Below, one piece after another: positions 1 to 9,817 of a DNA stretch of 64,000 nt (its first letter is position 1; every line of letters starts with the position of its first letter). The notes under the pieces are model-generated. The model was not told where the DNA came from, did not search any database, and saw nothing but the letters and a program-made list of their open reading frames with translations. The DNA comes from Candidatus Rokuibacteriota bacterium (GTDB taxonomy: Bacteria; Methylomirabilota; Methylomirabilia; Rokubacteriales; DASRDR01), in NCBI GenBank assembly GCA_044866005.1, contig JBIOTN010000067.1, positions 1 through 64,000 on the forward strand, read 5' to 3'. The translations under genes were made by a program, and so were the position numbers.

Positions 1-44
1 CGATTCCTCCTCCTCGGAGGTGGCGCGGGCGAAGCCCGCGCTCG
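1..44 (+). repeat. Partial copy of structured intergenic repeat family A
   Basis: cgattcctcc...gcgcgggc-gaa-gcccgcgc-tcg matches 9172-9217. Confidence 0.6.
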
Positions 45-108
45 AAGCGGCTCCTCGGGCGGCGCGCGGCCGACTGAGGCAGTTGCCGCTCCAGCGGCCG
101 GGGGGGCA

Positions 109-136
109 TCGGGGGGGTCTTCCGAGACCCCCCCGA
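109..136. terminator. GC-rich hairpin just downstream of the FAH gene (terminator or REP-like)
   Basis: tcgggggggtct-tccg-agacccccccga, 12-bp stem. Confidence 0.55.
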
Positions 137-143
137 AAACAGC

Positions 144-1070
144 TCAGGCCTCGACGATGGGGTTCTCGATCCAGCCGAGCCCCGTGATCTCCATCCGCAC
201 GACGTCCCCGCCCTTCAGCAGCACCGGCGGCTTCCGCGTGAAGCCCACGCCATCCGGCGTGCCGGTGGCCACGAGGTCGCCCGGCATGAGCGTGAGGTGG
301 GCCGAGAGGTAGGCGACCAGGCCGTTGACGTCGACGATCAGGTCCTTGGTGTTCCCGTGCTGCAGCCGCTGGCCGTTGACCCAGGTGGAGAGCTGGAGCA
401 CGTGGGGGTCGGGAATCTCCTCGCGGTCGGCGATCCACGGTCCCATCGGCGCAAAGCTGTCGCAGATCTTCCCCGCCATCCACTGCGTCGTCACGAACTG
501 GAAGTCGCGCGCGCTCACGTCGTTGACGATCGTGTAGCCGAAGACGTAGTCGAGGGCTTTCTCGGCGGGGACGTCCTTGGCCCGGCGCCCGACCACGAAG
601 GCGAGCTCGACCTCGTAGTCCAGCTGATGGCAGCCGCGGGGACGGACGATCGGCGCGCGGGAGTCGATGATGGCCGTCGGGAACTTGGCGAAGAGCGGCG
701 GCTCCTTCGGCACGGGCGCGGTCGTCTCCTCGGCGTGGGAGAGGTAGTTCAGGCCGATGCAGATGAACTTGTCGGGATCGTGGAGCGGCGCGTGAAGGGT
801 GACCGCCGAGAGGGGGTGAGTCAGCCACTCGAGCCGCCCCGCCCGGACCGCCTCGTCCATGGCGGCCAGCGCGTCGCGCGCCGCGTCGCCGGCTTCGAGG
901 AAGGCGCGCGTGCTCGGCGGGAACAGCGTGTGCGCGAGCTCGCCGGCCCGGGCCACGCCCCGCGCCGCGAGGTAGCGATGGTACGTCTCGCCGAGGCACT
1001 GGACCTGGTGGCCGACCAGGTTGCCGAGCCGCGGGGCGGAGCCGGGGACCGAGTACCGGACGAGCTTCAT
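144..1070 (-). CDS. Fumarylacetoacetate (FAH) hydrolase family protein
   Basis: Motifs ICIGLNY, DYEVEL, NDVSARD, GKICD, TGTPDGVG; ATG at 1070 with GGAGGA RBS. Confidence 0.9.
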   Translation of the reverse strand: MKLVRYSVPGSAPRLGNLVGHQVQCLGETYHRYLAARGVARAGELAHTLFPPSTRAFLEAGDAARDALAAMDEAVRAGRLEWLTHPLSAVTLHAPLHDPDKFICIGLNYLSHAEETTAPVPKEPPLFAKFPTAIIDSRAPIVRPRGCHQLDYEVELAFVVGRRAKDVPAEKALDYVFGYTIVNDVSARDFQFVTTQWMAGKICDSFAPMGPWIADREEIPDPHVLQLSTWVNGQRLQHGNTKDLIVDVNGLVAYLSAHLTLMPGDLVATGTPDGVGFTRKPPVLLKGGDVVRMEITGLGWIENPIVEA

Positions 1071-1177
1071 GGGGTCCTCCCGCGCGTGCGTCCCGGACGT
1101 CGGGCCGGACAGCCCGCGCCCCAATTATCCGCGGCGACAGGGGCCTGTCAAGCGTCCGCCCGGCGGCGCGCTTCGGG

Positions 1178-1267
1178 ATGGCCAATGCGATCCTCGTCGA
1201 CCTCGGCTTCAACCTGGTGGGGGACGGCCTGCGCGACGCACTCGACCCTCGGCTTCGCGGCGCCTGA
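1178..1267 (+). pseudogene. C-terminal remnant of a peptide ABC transporter permease (DppC/OppC-like)
   Basis: Translates as MANAILVDLGFNLVGDGLRDALDPRLRGA*; FNLxGDGLRDALDPR is the typical DppC C-terminus. Confidence 0.7.
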
Positions 1268-1305
1268 GGCCGCGGGCCGCGCGGCCTGCGTGCTATCATC
1301 GGCTC

Positions 1306-1863
1306 ATGGCGGCCGCGCGGAACGTCATCCTCGTCGGCTTCATGGGCGCGGGGAAATCCACGGTGGGCCGGCTCCTCGCGCGCCGGCTCGGGCTCTGCTT
1401 CGTCGAGACCGACGACATGATCAGCGCGCAGGAGGGGCGATCGGTTCCCGAGATCTTCGCGCAGCACGGCGAGACCCACTTCCGGCAGCTCGAGGCCGGG
1501 GTGCTCGACGCCCTCGAGGCGAAGACGGGCCACGTGATCGCGACCGGCGGCGGGTTCCCTTGCCGGCCGGGCGCGATGGAGCGGCTCCGAACGCTCGGCA
1601 CGGTGGTCTGGCTGGCCGGCGACATCGACGCGCTCTACGATCGCGCGAGCCGGCTGGGGGGCCGACCGATGCTCGCCGGACGGGGCCGCGAAGAGGCGGC
1701 GGCGCTCTACGAGGCCCGCAAACCCTACTACAGCCAGGCCCACCTCGCGCTGGACGTCTCGCGCCTCGGGATCGACGCCGTGGCGGGCCGGATCGTCCGC
1801 CACCTCCGCGAGCGTCAGCGGACGAAAGCGGCCGCGGGCGCGCCGCAGGGTAGGGGGCGGTGA
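1306..1863 (+). CDS. aroK: Shikimate kinase
   Basis: NVILVGFMGAGKSTVGR P-loop, GETHFR, ATGGG, RPML; TG-C-TATCAT extended -10 ends 6 nt before the ATG (possibly leaderless). Confidence 0.92.
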   Translation: MAAARNVILVGFMGAGKSTVGRLLARRLGLCFVETDDMISAQEGRSVPEIFAQHGETHFRQLEAGVLDALEAKTGHVIATGGGFPCRPGAMERLRTLGTVVWLAGDIDALYDRASRLGGRPMLAGRGREEAAALYEARKPYYSQAHLALDVSRLGIDAVAGRIVRHLRERQRTKAAAGAPQGRGR

Positions 1864-3713
1864 GCCATCCGCTCCTCGACCGGCTGGCGGAGGGACCACT
1901 CCTCGCCGATGGCGCGATGGGCACCATGCTCTACGCGCGCGGCACGCCGCTCGACGCCTGCTTCGACGTCCTCAACCTCCACGACCGCAAGGTCGTCCAG
2001 GCGCTCCACGCCGAGTACCTGAGCGCCGGCGCCGACTGTATCGAGACGAACACCTTCGGCGCCAACCGCTTCAAGCTCGGCGTCCACGGGCTCGAGGGGC
2101 GCGTGCGCGAGATCAACCGGGAGGGGGTGCGGCTCGCGCGGGACGTGCGCGAGACGATGGGCCGGGACGTCTTCATCCTGGGCTCCATGGGGCCGCTCGG
2201 GAAGTACCTGACCCCGCTGGGCACCGTCACGGACGAGGAGGCGTTGACGGCCTTCCGCGAGCAGGCGGAGGGCCTCCTGGAAGGAGGCGTGGACGCGTTC
2301 GTGGTCGAGACCTTCTCGGACCTGCGGGAGATCCGCCTCGCCGTGGAGGCGATCCGCGGCCTCTCCGCCGACCTGCCGATCGTCACCCAGATGGCCTTCA
2401 GCGAGGAGCGCGTGACCTTCGTGGGCCACTCGCCGGCCGAGGTGGCGCGGGAGCTGTCGGCGTTGCCGGTTCAGGTCATCGGGGCGAACTGCTCGGTGGG
2501 CTCGAGCGTGCTCTACGACGTCCTGGTGCTGCTGCACCAGGCGGTGCCGCACCTGCCGCTTTCCATCCAGCCGAACGCGGGCCTTCCCAGCCGGCTGGGT
2601 GAGCGGCTGATCTACCTGTCGTCCCCGGCCTACATGGCGGACTACGCGAGCCGCATGCTCGACAGCGGCGCGCGGCTCGTCGGCGGCTGCTGCGGCACGA
2701 CACCCGCGCACGTCCGGGCCATGCGCGACGCCGTCGACCGGCACGTCCCGGACGCCGCCCGCGCCCGCCGTGGGGTCTTCATCGCGCCCGTCGTGGCCGA
2801 GGCCGCGCCGGCGCGAGCGGCGGTCGAGCCGACGCGGCTCCAGTCGCGCCTGAAGACCGGCGAGTTTCTCGTCACGGTCGAGCTCGACCCGCCGCGCGGC
2901 CACAACATCGAGAAGCTGGTCCAGGGCGCCAAGCTCCTGGCGGAGCGCGGCGTCGAGGTCGTCGACATCAACGACGGCTCGCTGGGGCGCGTGCGCATGG
3001 CCGTCCTGCCGACCGCGATGCTGGTGCGGGAGGCGACCGGCCTCGACATCAACATGCACTTCACCTGTCGCGACCGGAACCTCATGGGCATCCAGGCCGA
3101 CCTGCTCGGCGCCCATGCCCTCGGGATCCGGAACATCCTGGCCATGACCGGCGATCCGCCGCGCGCGGGCGACTACGTCAACACGACCGCCGTGTTCGAC
3201 GTGGACGCCGTCGGGCTCGTCCGCATCCTCACCGGGATGAACCGGGGTACGGACGCCACCGGCAACTCCATCGGCGAGCCGACGGCCTTCGCCATCGGCG
3301 TGGCGCTCGACCCGACGGCGAGCGACCGGCCCCGCGAGGTCGAGCGGCTGCTCGCGAAGGTCGAGGCCGGGGCGATCTGGGCGCAGACGCAGCCCATCTA
3401 CGACCTCGAGCAGCTCGACGCGTTCCTGGCGGCGGCGGGATCGCGCCTGCCGATCCCGATCGTCGTGGGGATCCTGCCGCTCCACTCGGCCCGCCACGCC
3501 GAGTTCCTGCACAACGAGGTGCCGGGGATCACCATCCCGGACGGGATCCGCGCGCGGCTGCGGGAGGCAGGCGACCATGCTCTGCGCGTCGGGATCGAGA
3601 CGGCGCAGACCATCCTCGCCGAGGTGCGGCGCCGGCGGTACGCGGGGGCCTATCTCATGCCCTCCTTCGGGCGCTTCGAGGTCGTGGCCGAGGTTCTCGA
3701 GGCGCTCCGCTGA
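1860..3713 (+). CDS. Bifunctional homocysteine S-methyltransferase / 5,10-methylenetetrahydrofolate reductase (YitJ-like)
   Basis: DGAMGT, ETNTF, GANC and GGCCGTTP, followed by an MTHFR-like domain (ELDPP, HFTCRDRN, TGDPP). Confidence 0.9.
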   Translation: MSHPLLDRLAEGPLLADGAMGTMLYARGTPLDACFDVLNLHDRKVVQALHAEYLSAGADCIETNTFGANRFKLGVHGLEGRVREINREGVRLARDVRETMGRDVFILGSMGPLGKYLTPLGTVTDEEALTAFREQAEGLLEGGVDAFVVETFSDLREIRLAVEAIRGLSADLPIVTQMAFSEERVTFVGHSPAEVARELSALPVQVIGANCSVGSSVLYDVLVLLHQAVPHLPLSIQPNAGLPSRLGERLIYLSSPAYMADYASRMLDSGARLVGGCCGTTPAHVRAMRDAVDRHVPDAARARRGVFIAPVVAEAAPARAAVEPTRLQSRLKTGEFLVTVELDPPRGHNIEKLVQGAKLLAERGVEVVDINDGSLGRVRMAVLPTAMLVREATGLDINMHFTCRDRNLMGIQADLLGAHALGIRNILAMTGDPPRAGDYVNTTAVFDVDAVGLVRILTGMNRGTDATGNSIGEPTAFAIGVALDPTASDRPREVERLLAKVEAGAIWAQTQPIYDLEQLDAFLAAAGSRLPIPIVVGILPLHSARHAEFLHNEVPGITIPDGIRARLREAGDHALRVGIETAQTILAEVRRRRYAGAYLMPSFGRFEVVAEVLEALR

Positions 3714-3833
3714 CCGCTCGCCCCGAACCGGCCGGGCCGGTTGACGCGTCCCAGGGGTGGGCGTCCGCCGGGTAGGCGGGCGCCCGGGGGCGTACACTAG
3801 ACAAACGACCGGGTCGCGGTCCGAGGAGGGCCC

Positions 3834-4799
3834 ATGCCGAGCCAGCGCGCGCCGAGGTTCCGGTGGTCCGAGGTGACCGATCGGAAGCTCTACCTGAGCC
3901 GCCGCGAGCTCATGGCCGGGGCCGCGGCCCTCGCCCTCGGCGCGGGTTGCGCGCCTCCCACCGTCGCCGCGCCTGCGGCGCCGCCCGGGCAGCCGCTCAA
4001 GGCGACGCGGAACCCCGCCTACGCGCTCGAGGACGCGCCGACCAAGTTCGAGAGCGTCACGACCTACAACAACTTCTACGAGTTCGGCGTCAACAAGGAC
4101 GACCCGGCACGACTCGCCCACCTGCTCCGGCCGCGCCCCTGGTCCGTCCAGGTGGACGGCCACGTCGCCAAGCCGCGGACCTTCGACATCGACGAGCTGA
4201 GCCGACTCGCCCCGCTGGAGGAGCGAGTGTACGCGCTCCGCTGCGTGGAGGGCTGGTCCATGGTCATTCCGTGGATCGGGTATCCGCTCGCCACGCTGCT
4301 CAAGCGCGTCGAGCCGACCGGCGCGGCCAAGTACGTGGAGTTCACGACGCTCCTGGACCCGGAGCAGTTCCCTGCCCAGCGGAAGGGGTTCTGGAGCTTC
4401 GGCTCGCTCGACTGGCCGTACGTGGAGGGGCTCCGCCTGGACGAGGCGCTCCATCCGCTGACGCTCCTGACCTTCGGCATGTACGGGCAGGTGCTGCCGA
4501 ACCAGGACGGGGCGCCGGTGCGGATCGTGGTGCCGTGGAAGTATGGCTTCAAGAGCGCGAAGTCCATCGTGCGGATCCGCCTCGTGACCGACGAGCCGAA
4601 GACGGCCTGGAACAAGGCGGCCCCGCAGGAGTACGGCTTCTACTCGAACGTGAACCCGAGCGTGGACCACCCGCGGTGGAGCCAGGCGACGGAGCGCCGG
4701 ATCGGCGAGTTCCGGCGGCGGAAGACGCTGCCGTTCAACGGATACGCGGATCAGGTGGCGCAGCTCTATGCGGGCATGGACCTGCGCAAGTCCTACTAG
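3834..4799 (+). CDS. msrP: Protein-methionine-sulfoxide reductase, molybdopterin catalytic subunit
   Basis: Tat-like [45 protein letters not shown]. Confidence 0.95.
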   Translation: MPSQRAPRFRWSEVTDRKLYLSRRELMAGAAALALGAGCAPPTVAAPAAPPGQPLKATRNPAYALEDAPTKFESVTTYNNFYEFGVNKDDPARLAHLLRPRPWSVQVDGHVAKPRTFDIDELSRLAPLEERVYALRCVEGWSMVIPWIGYPLATLLKRVEPTGAAKYVEFTTLLDPEQFPAQRKGFWSFGSLDWPYVEGLRLDEALHPLTLLTFGMYGQVLPNQDGAPVRIVVPWKYGFKSAKSIVRIRLVTDEPKTAWNKAAPQEYGFYSNVNPSVDHPRWSQATERRIGEFRRRKTLPFNGYADQVAQLYAGMDLRKSY

Positions 4800-4800
4800 C

Positions 4801-4975
4801 GCCGTGCCGATACGCGTCGCATCCCGGCGTCCTGCATCACGGCCTGGACGCGCTCGGCCTGCGGCCTCGCGGCCGTCCGGGCCTCTGGTGGCCGCGCCCA
4901 TCCTCGACGTACAACCGCGTACGCCTGCGGTGGGCGCGGCCCTGCGTCCTGGGGCTGCTCGCGTCTCGGCCCGGC
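4801..4975 (+). repeat. Structured intergenic repeat family B, copy 1
   Basis: Shares gccgNgccgata..cgtcgcatc(t/c)cggcgtcc and ctgctcg..tctcggcccggc with 18457-18576 (minus) and 59511-59585. Confidence 0.8.
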
Positions 4976-5118
4976 GCGGCGACTAGCGCCGTGCCGCCCC
5001 CCTCCGACGGCCCTCCCGCCGAAGCCGGGCCGGTCGCTGGTCGGCGAACGGCTCGGGCTTGCCTCCTCCCCGTGCCGGGGCGCGCGCGGGTTGTGGCGGG
5101 CGTGGCCAGGCGCCGCCG

Positions 5119-5787
5119 TTGAGGCGACGAGCGCGCATCGCGCTGAAGCTCGGGGTCTGGGCGATCTGCCTGACGCCGCTCCTGACCCTCGTCTACCAGG
5201 TCTTCACCACCGACCTGGGCGCGAACCCGATCAGCTACGTCACGAACACGCTGGGGGACTGGACGTTCCGCCTGCTGCTCGCCAGCCTCGCGATGACGCC
5301 GCTCCGCATCCTCTTCGGGCTCTCGTGGCCGGTGACGCTGCGGCGGCTGCTGGGACTGTTCGCCTTCTCGTACGCCTGCCTCCACTTCGCGGTCTGGCTC
5401 GTGGTCGATCACTTCTTCGACTGGCCGGAGATGGCGACCGACATCGTCAAGCGCCCCTACATCACTGCCGGCATGGGGGCGCTCCTCATGCTGATCCCGC
5501 TGGCCATCACCTCGACCGGCGGCATGGTCAAGCGGCTCGGCGGCGCGGCCTGGCGACGACTCCACCGGCTCGTCTACCTCGCCGGGATCCTGGCCGCGCT
5601 CCACTTCCTGTGGCTCGCGAAGGTCGGGCGGGTGGAGCCCTACGTCTACGGGGCCATCCTGACCCTCCTGCTCGGGATCCGCCTCTGGGATGCGGCCCGG
5701 CGCTCGGCCCGCGCCCGTCGCCGCCGGGCGGCGGCCGGTCAGGCCGTGTCGGGCGGCCGTCCCTCGGCGCCCGCGGCCAGGATCTGA
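5119..5787 (+). CDS. msrQ: Protein-methionine-sulfoxide reductase, heme-binding membrane subunit
   Basis: LGANP, RRLLGL, KRPYITAG, WRRLHRLVY; follows msrP; start uncertain. Confidence 0.93.
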   Translation: MRRRARIALKLGVWAICLTPLLTLVYQVFTTDLGANPISYVTNTLGDWTFRLLLASLAMTPLRILFGLSWPVTLRRLLGLFAFSYACLHFAVWLVVDHFFDWPEMATDIVKRPYITAGMGALLMLIPLAITSTGGMVKRLGGAAWRRLHRLVYLAGILAALHFLWLAKVGRVEPYVYGAILTLLLGIRLWDAARRSARARRRRAAAGQAVSGGRPSAPAARI

Positions 5788-5927
5788 GCAGCCGGACCGG
5801 CCAGGCGGAGAGGATTTGACCAGCTTCCCGGGGATCGACCGAGCCGCCTGCGTGTAACCCCGCGCCGCCTCGACCCCGGCCCGGACCGCCCGCCGTGGCA
5901 CGGTCTGTGCTCGTCTCGCCCCCGCGT

Positions 5928-6299
5928 ATGCCGGAGACGCCTCGCTATCTCGTGATCGTGCGCCGGGGCGAGAAAACGCTCTTCGAGGCATTGCAGGCGC
6001 AATTCGGCCAGGGCGCCGCCGAGGTGATCTGGGACCGCCGGATCCGCGACCGGCGCGTGATCATCCAGGACGTCGAGGCGAGCACCGAGCGCCGCCGCGG
6101 CGAGCGGCGCGCTCCGCTCGACGCGACCATGTGGAACGACCGTGGCTTCATCGTGGCGCGCGCGGGCGCGTTGCGTAATGGTGGCGCAGGTGCGGGTCCG
6201 GGGCGCTGGGCGACGGCCTGGTCTCGCGTCGCGGGGGTGCCCGTCCGCGGGCACACGACGGGCCGACCCGCGACGGGCCGACCCGAGCTTCCTCTCTGA
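5928..6299 (+). CDS. Hypothetical protein with DRR...ERRRGERR motif
   Basis: ORF with typical codon usage; YLVIV...VIWDRRIRDRR...ERRRGERR; start uncertain. Confidence 0.5.
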   Translation: MPETPRYLVIVRRGEKTLFEALQAQFGQGAAEVIWDRRIRDRRVIIQDVEASTERRRGERRAPLDATMWNDRGFIVARAGALRNGGAGAGPGRWATAWSRVAGVPVRGHTTGRPATGRPELPL

Positions 6300-6352
6300 G
6301 CCGCCGCGCCCTCGCCGCTGCCGGCTCACGCCTCCGAGCCCCGACGCCGGCG

Positions 6353-6946
6353 TCAGGATAGCTCGCGCCAGCAGCAGAGCTCGATCCGGGTGACGGGGTG
6401 GACCTCCCAGGGGGTCGAGCGGCCGCCGTCGCCGTTGTGCGGCGAGTCGTAGAGAAGCCAGCCGGTGACGCGAATCTCCGTCTCGCTCCCGCAGAGCGCG
6501 CGAAGCGCGTCCAGGGTATACGCGGGCTTGCGGGCCCGGATGCCCGGGGTCAGCTCGGTGATCAGCTGATCGGTCGTGTCCTGGCCGAGGCAGCGGCCGA
6601 TGGCCGTCTCGGTGATCTGGACGTGATAGTCACCGTCGTCCTTGGGGAGGATCCGGGCCACGAAGCCCCTGACCTGGACGCCCCGGGCCTCCAGCCCGGC
6701 GATCTGCGCGAGATCGCCGCGTGAGTAGGCCCGCGGAATGGTCGGCAGGGCGATGATCTCGGACGCGCCCATCGGGACGACGCGGGGCGGGTCCTGGGTG
6801 CGATCCTTCTGCGACTGCAGATGCTCGGCTCGCTCCGCCGCCGGCACCGCGTCCGGCCCGGTGGGGCTCGAGCCGTGACCGCAGGCGGAGGCGGCGAGCG
6901 ACAGGGCGGCGGAGACGGCGCACCCGGCGAGCCGCCGCGCGATCAA
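6353..6946 (-). CDS. Putative lipoprotein of unknown function
   Basis: TTG start overlaps the upstream stop; lipobox-like AASAC; motifs DGDYHVQI and WEVHPV. Confidence 0.6.
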   Translation of the reverse strand: MIARRLAGCAVSAALSLAASACGHGSSPTGPDAVPAAERAEHLQSQKDRTQDPPRVVPMGASEIIALPTIPRAYSRGDLAQIAGLEARGVQVRGFVARILPKDDGDYHVQITETAIGRCLGQDTTDQLITELTPGIRARKPAYTLDALRALCGSETEIRVTGWLLYDSPHNGDGGRSTPWEVHPVTRIELCCWRELS

Positions 6947-8502
6947 CGGTCGGCCGCCGGCGAGGCCAGATCCTGGAGGATCGCGTGCGCCGCGTTGTGT
7001 CCGGGGGCGCCGGTCACCTCGCCGCCGGGGTGCGTGCCGGCGCCGCAGAGGTAGAGTCCTGGCAACGGTGTCCCGTAGCGCGCCCAGCCGGGGAGCGGGC
7101 GCCGGGCGAAGAGCTGTCCCGGCACGATGTCGAGGTGGCGGATGTTCCCGTCGGTGAGCCCGACGCGGGCTTCGAGGTCCGCGGGCGTGAAGAGCCTCCA
7201 GTCCACCAGCGCCCGCCGGAAGTTCGGCGCATAGGCGGTGAGGACGTCGATGAGGTGCTCGCCGACCCCCCGCCGCGCCGTCTCCCACGACCCCGCGGCG
7301 AGCCGCACCGGCGCCCAGAGCGCCCAGACGGACACGACGTGATGGCCGGGCGGGGCGAGCGTGGGATCGTAGACGGAGGGGATCTGCACCTCCATGAGCG
7401 GCGTCCGCGCGGGCCGGCCGGCCTGAGCGTCCTGCCAGGCCCCCAGGAAGGCCTCCACCGAGGGGCAGATCTTCACCTGGGCGAGGCAGCGCGGGTCGAA
7501 CGCCGGCCCCAGGTAGGCGGAGAAGTCGGGCAACTCGCGAAGCGCGGCGTGGAATTTCAGGTACGCGGCGCGCGTGCCCAGGCCCGCCACCCGCGCGCGG
7601 AAGTCGGCGGGGAGGGCGTCGGGGGGGACCAGGCGGAGGAAGGTGCGCTTGGGGTCCGCGTTCGAGACGGTGAGCGCGGCGTCCACGGTCTCGCCGTCGG
7701 CGAGGATCACGCCCGCGGCGCGCCCCGCCTCCACGCGGACCCGTGCGACGGGTGCGCCGGTCCGGATCTCGACCCCGGCCTCGCGGGCGGCGCGCGCCAT
7801 CGCCTGCGTGATCGCGCCCATGCCGCCCTTGACGATGCCGACGGTCCCGGGCGCCGAGCGGAGGTTCACCTTGATGTACGCGTAGCAGAGGGCACTGCCC
7901 GGCGCTCGCGGGTCGCCGATGTCCTGCGCGTTGAGCGCGTGGGCCCGCATCCAGGGAGACTCGAAGTGCTCGTGGGCGAGGTCCCACATCGGCCGCGTGA
8001 GGAGGGTTTCCCAGACCGCTTCGTCCTCGCTGCCGCGGACGCGGGCGGCGATCTCGGCATAGGTCGGCGCGGGCGCGAGAAAGTAGGGATGGAGGAGTCG
8101 CGCGGCCTGCTCCCAGAACTCCATCCAGCGGAGATAGGCGGCCGCGTCGTGCGCGGAGTACGGCTCGATCCCCGCGGCGGTCCGGGCGTGGTCGTCCCAC
8201 ACGAAGAGCGCGCGCCCGTCGGGGAAGGGATGGAACCGCGCCGGCTCGAGCGGGTAAACTTCGAACCCGTGCCGGCCGAGCTCGAGGTCGACGATGACCT
8301 TCTCCTGCAGGAGATGGCAGATGTAGGAGCAGGACGACAGCCGATAGCCGGGGAAGAGCTCCTCGGTGACGCACGCGCCGCCGACGAGCTCCCGGCGCTC
8401 GAGGACGAGCACCCGGAGCCCGCCGCGGGCCAGGTAGGTGGCGGCGACCAGGCCGTTGTGGCCGGCACCGATCACGATCGCGTCATAACGCTCGGCCATC
8501 AC
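6943..8502 (-). CDS. Phytoene dehydrogenase-like FAD-dependent oxidoreductase
   Basis: IGAGHNGLV Rossmann motif, GGACVTEE, KGGMG, LYLCGAGTHPGGEVTGAPGHNAA. Confidence 0.9.
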   Translation of the reverse strand: MMAERYDAIVIGAGHNGLVAATYLARGGLRVLVLERRELVGGACVTEELFPGYRLSSCSYICHLLQEKVIVDLELGRHGFEVYPLEPARFHPFPDGRALFVWDDHARTAAGIEPYSAHDAAAYLRWMEFWEQAARLLHPYFLAPAPTYAEIAARVRGSEDEAVWETLLTRPMWDLAHEHFESPWMRAHALNAQDIGDPRAPGSALCYAYIKVNLRSAPGTVGIVKGGMGAITQAMARAAREAGVEIRTGAPVARVRVEAGRAAGVILADGETVDAALTVSNADPKRTFLRLVPPDALPADFRARVAGLGTRAAYLKFHAALRELPDFSAYLGPAFDPRCLAQVKICPSVEAFLGAWQDAQAGRPARTPLMEVQIPSVYDPTLAPPGHHVVSVWALWAPVRLAAGSWETARRGVGEHLIDVLTAYAPNFRRALVDWRLFTPADLEARVGLTDGNIRHLDIVPGQLFARRPLPGWARYGTPLPGLYLCGAGTHPGGEVTGAPGHNAAHAILQDLASPAADR

Positions 8503-8679
8503 GCCTGCTCCCCGGCGTCCCGCCGCATGGTCGCGCCGGCGGCCGGCCCTGTCAACCGCCAGCTCCTCGGAGTTGGCCGCCGTGCGTAACTGCCCGCCGG
8601 GTCGAGGCCTCTGCCTCTCTCAAACGGGAGGACCGGAATCCTTGTCCCGCGGCGGCCGTTGCGCTATATAGAGGGAGCC

Positions 8680-9141
8680 GTGACGAAGCCGAGCTTCTCG
8701 GGGTTCCAATCCGTCATCGGGCTGCTGGCCGGGCTCATCTCGATCCTGGGCGGCACCTACTCGGCCGTGCAGCTCTTCGCCAGGCCGGCGCCGAGCTTCG
8801 GCGAGGTGGTGGCCATCGTGCGGGAGGCCCGGACCGAGAAACCGGTGCCCGACGCCACGGTCGAGATCTTCACCACGCAGGACGCGCTCGTCACGACCGT
8901 CACCGCGTACAGCGGCCGCGTCCGGCAACCGCTGAAAGAAGGCGCCTACCGCCTGCGGGTGAGCCACCCCAAGTTCGGACCCGACACGCGGCAGGTCCAG
9001 GTGGTCTCCGGTCAGACGGCGGAGGTGCGCTTCCAGCTGAGCCAGTCCCGCCTGGGGTCCTCGCCGGTCGGCACGGCCACGCGCGCGGTCAGCGAGGGCG
9101 TCGGCGCCGTCAAGCAGTTCATCCGCGGCCTGGGTCTATGA
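8680..9141 (+). CDS. Membrane-anchored carboxypeptidase-regulatory-like (beta-sandwich) domain protein
   Basis: N-terminal TM segment, PVPDATVEI, GAYRLRVSHPKF; GTG after GAGGGAG. Confidence 0.6.
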   Translation: MTKPSFSGFQSVIGLLAGLISILGGTYSAVQLFARPAPSFGEVVAIVREARTEKPVPDATVEIFTTQDALVTTVTAYSGRVRQPLKEGAYRLRVSHPKFGPDTRQVQVVSGQTAEVRFQLSQSRLGSSPVGTATRAVSEGVGAVKQFIRGLGL

Positions 9142-9145
9142 CGCT

Positions 9146-9217
9146 TCGGAGGGGGCCTCGACGGCCCCCTCCGATTCCTCCCCCCGGGAAGGTTGCGCCG
9201 GCAAAAGCCGGCGCTCG
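9146..9217 (+). repeat. Structured intergenic repeat family A (two hairpins)
   Basis: tcggagggggcc-tcgac-ggccccctccga, then ttcctccccc, then gcgccggc-aaaa-gccggcgc; similar to 1-44. Confidence 0.65.
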
Positions 9218-9434
9218 GGCGCTTCGGCCGCCGGGCCCGAACTCGCGAGCGGTCAGCGGCCCCTGCACGGCTCGTCGACTCCGGCCGGGATATACTGAGG
9301 GTGGTCTGCCGGTGCTGCGCCCGCCCGGGCGCCTCGATCTGGCCTCGCCTCCGACGGCTCTTCCGCGGCTCCGGGGCGTGATCCAAAGTTGCGGAAGGGC
9401 GCCCCCCTCCTCGGGGTCGAAAACGGAGGCCCTC

Positions 9435-9779
9435 ATGGCATCCAAGCTCTACGTCGGCGGTCTCGCCTACTCCACCACGTCGGAAAGCCTGCGCGAGTAC
9501 TTCGCGCAGTGCGGGACCGTGGAGTCCGCGACGGTGATCACCGACCGCTACTCCGGCCAGTCCCGTGGCTTCGGCTTCGTGGAGATGGCCACGGAGGCCG
9601 ACGCGCAGGCGGCGATCTCCAAGCTCAACGGGCAGTCCTTCGAAGGACGCCGCCTCACGGTGAGCGTCGCGAATTCCGCCGGGGCCGGGCGGCCGGGAGG
9701 CGGCGCCCGAGGCGGCGCCGGGTCGCGGCCAGGCGGCGGCGGCTTCGGCGGAGGGCCGCAGCGCACGCCCCGCTGGTGA
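9435..9779 (+). CDS. RRM RNA-binding protein with Gly-rich tail
   Basis: KLYVGGL (RNP2), RGFGFVEM (RNP1); GGAGG RBS; TATACT at 9291. Confidence 0.93.
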   Translation: MASKLYVGGLAYSTTSESLREYFAQCGTVESATVITDRYSGQSRGFGFVEMATEADAQAAISKLNGQSFEGRRLTVSVANSAGAGRPGGGARGGAGSRPGGGGFGGGPQRTPRW

Positions 9780-9817
9780 GCCCCGGACCGTCAGGGGCGT
9801 CGTTTTCGGGGACGCGG

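Noticed and set aside
8560..8645. Hairpins with a tcaaa loop considered as tRNA-Sec
   Set aside because: No cloverleaf, T-loop or acceptor stem could be built; no tRNA or selABD gene was seen in the window.
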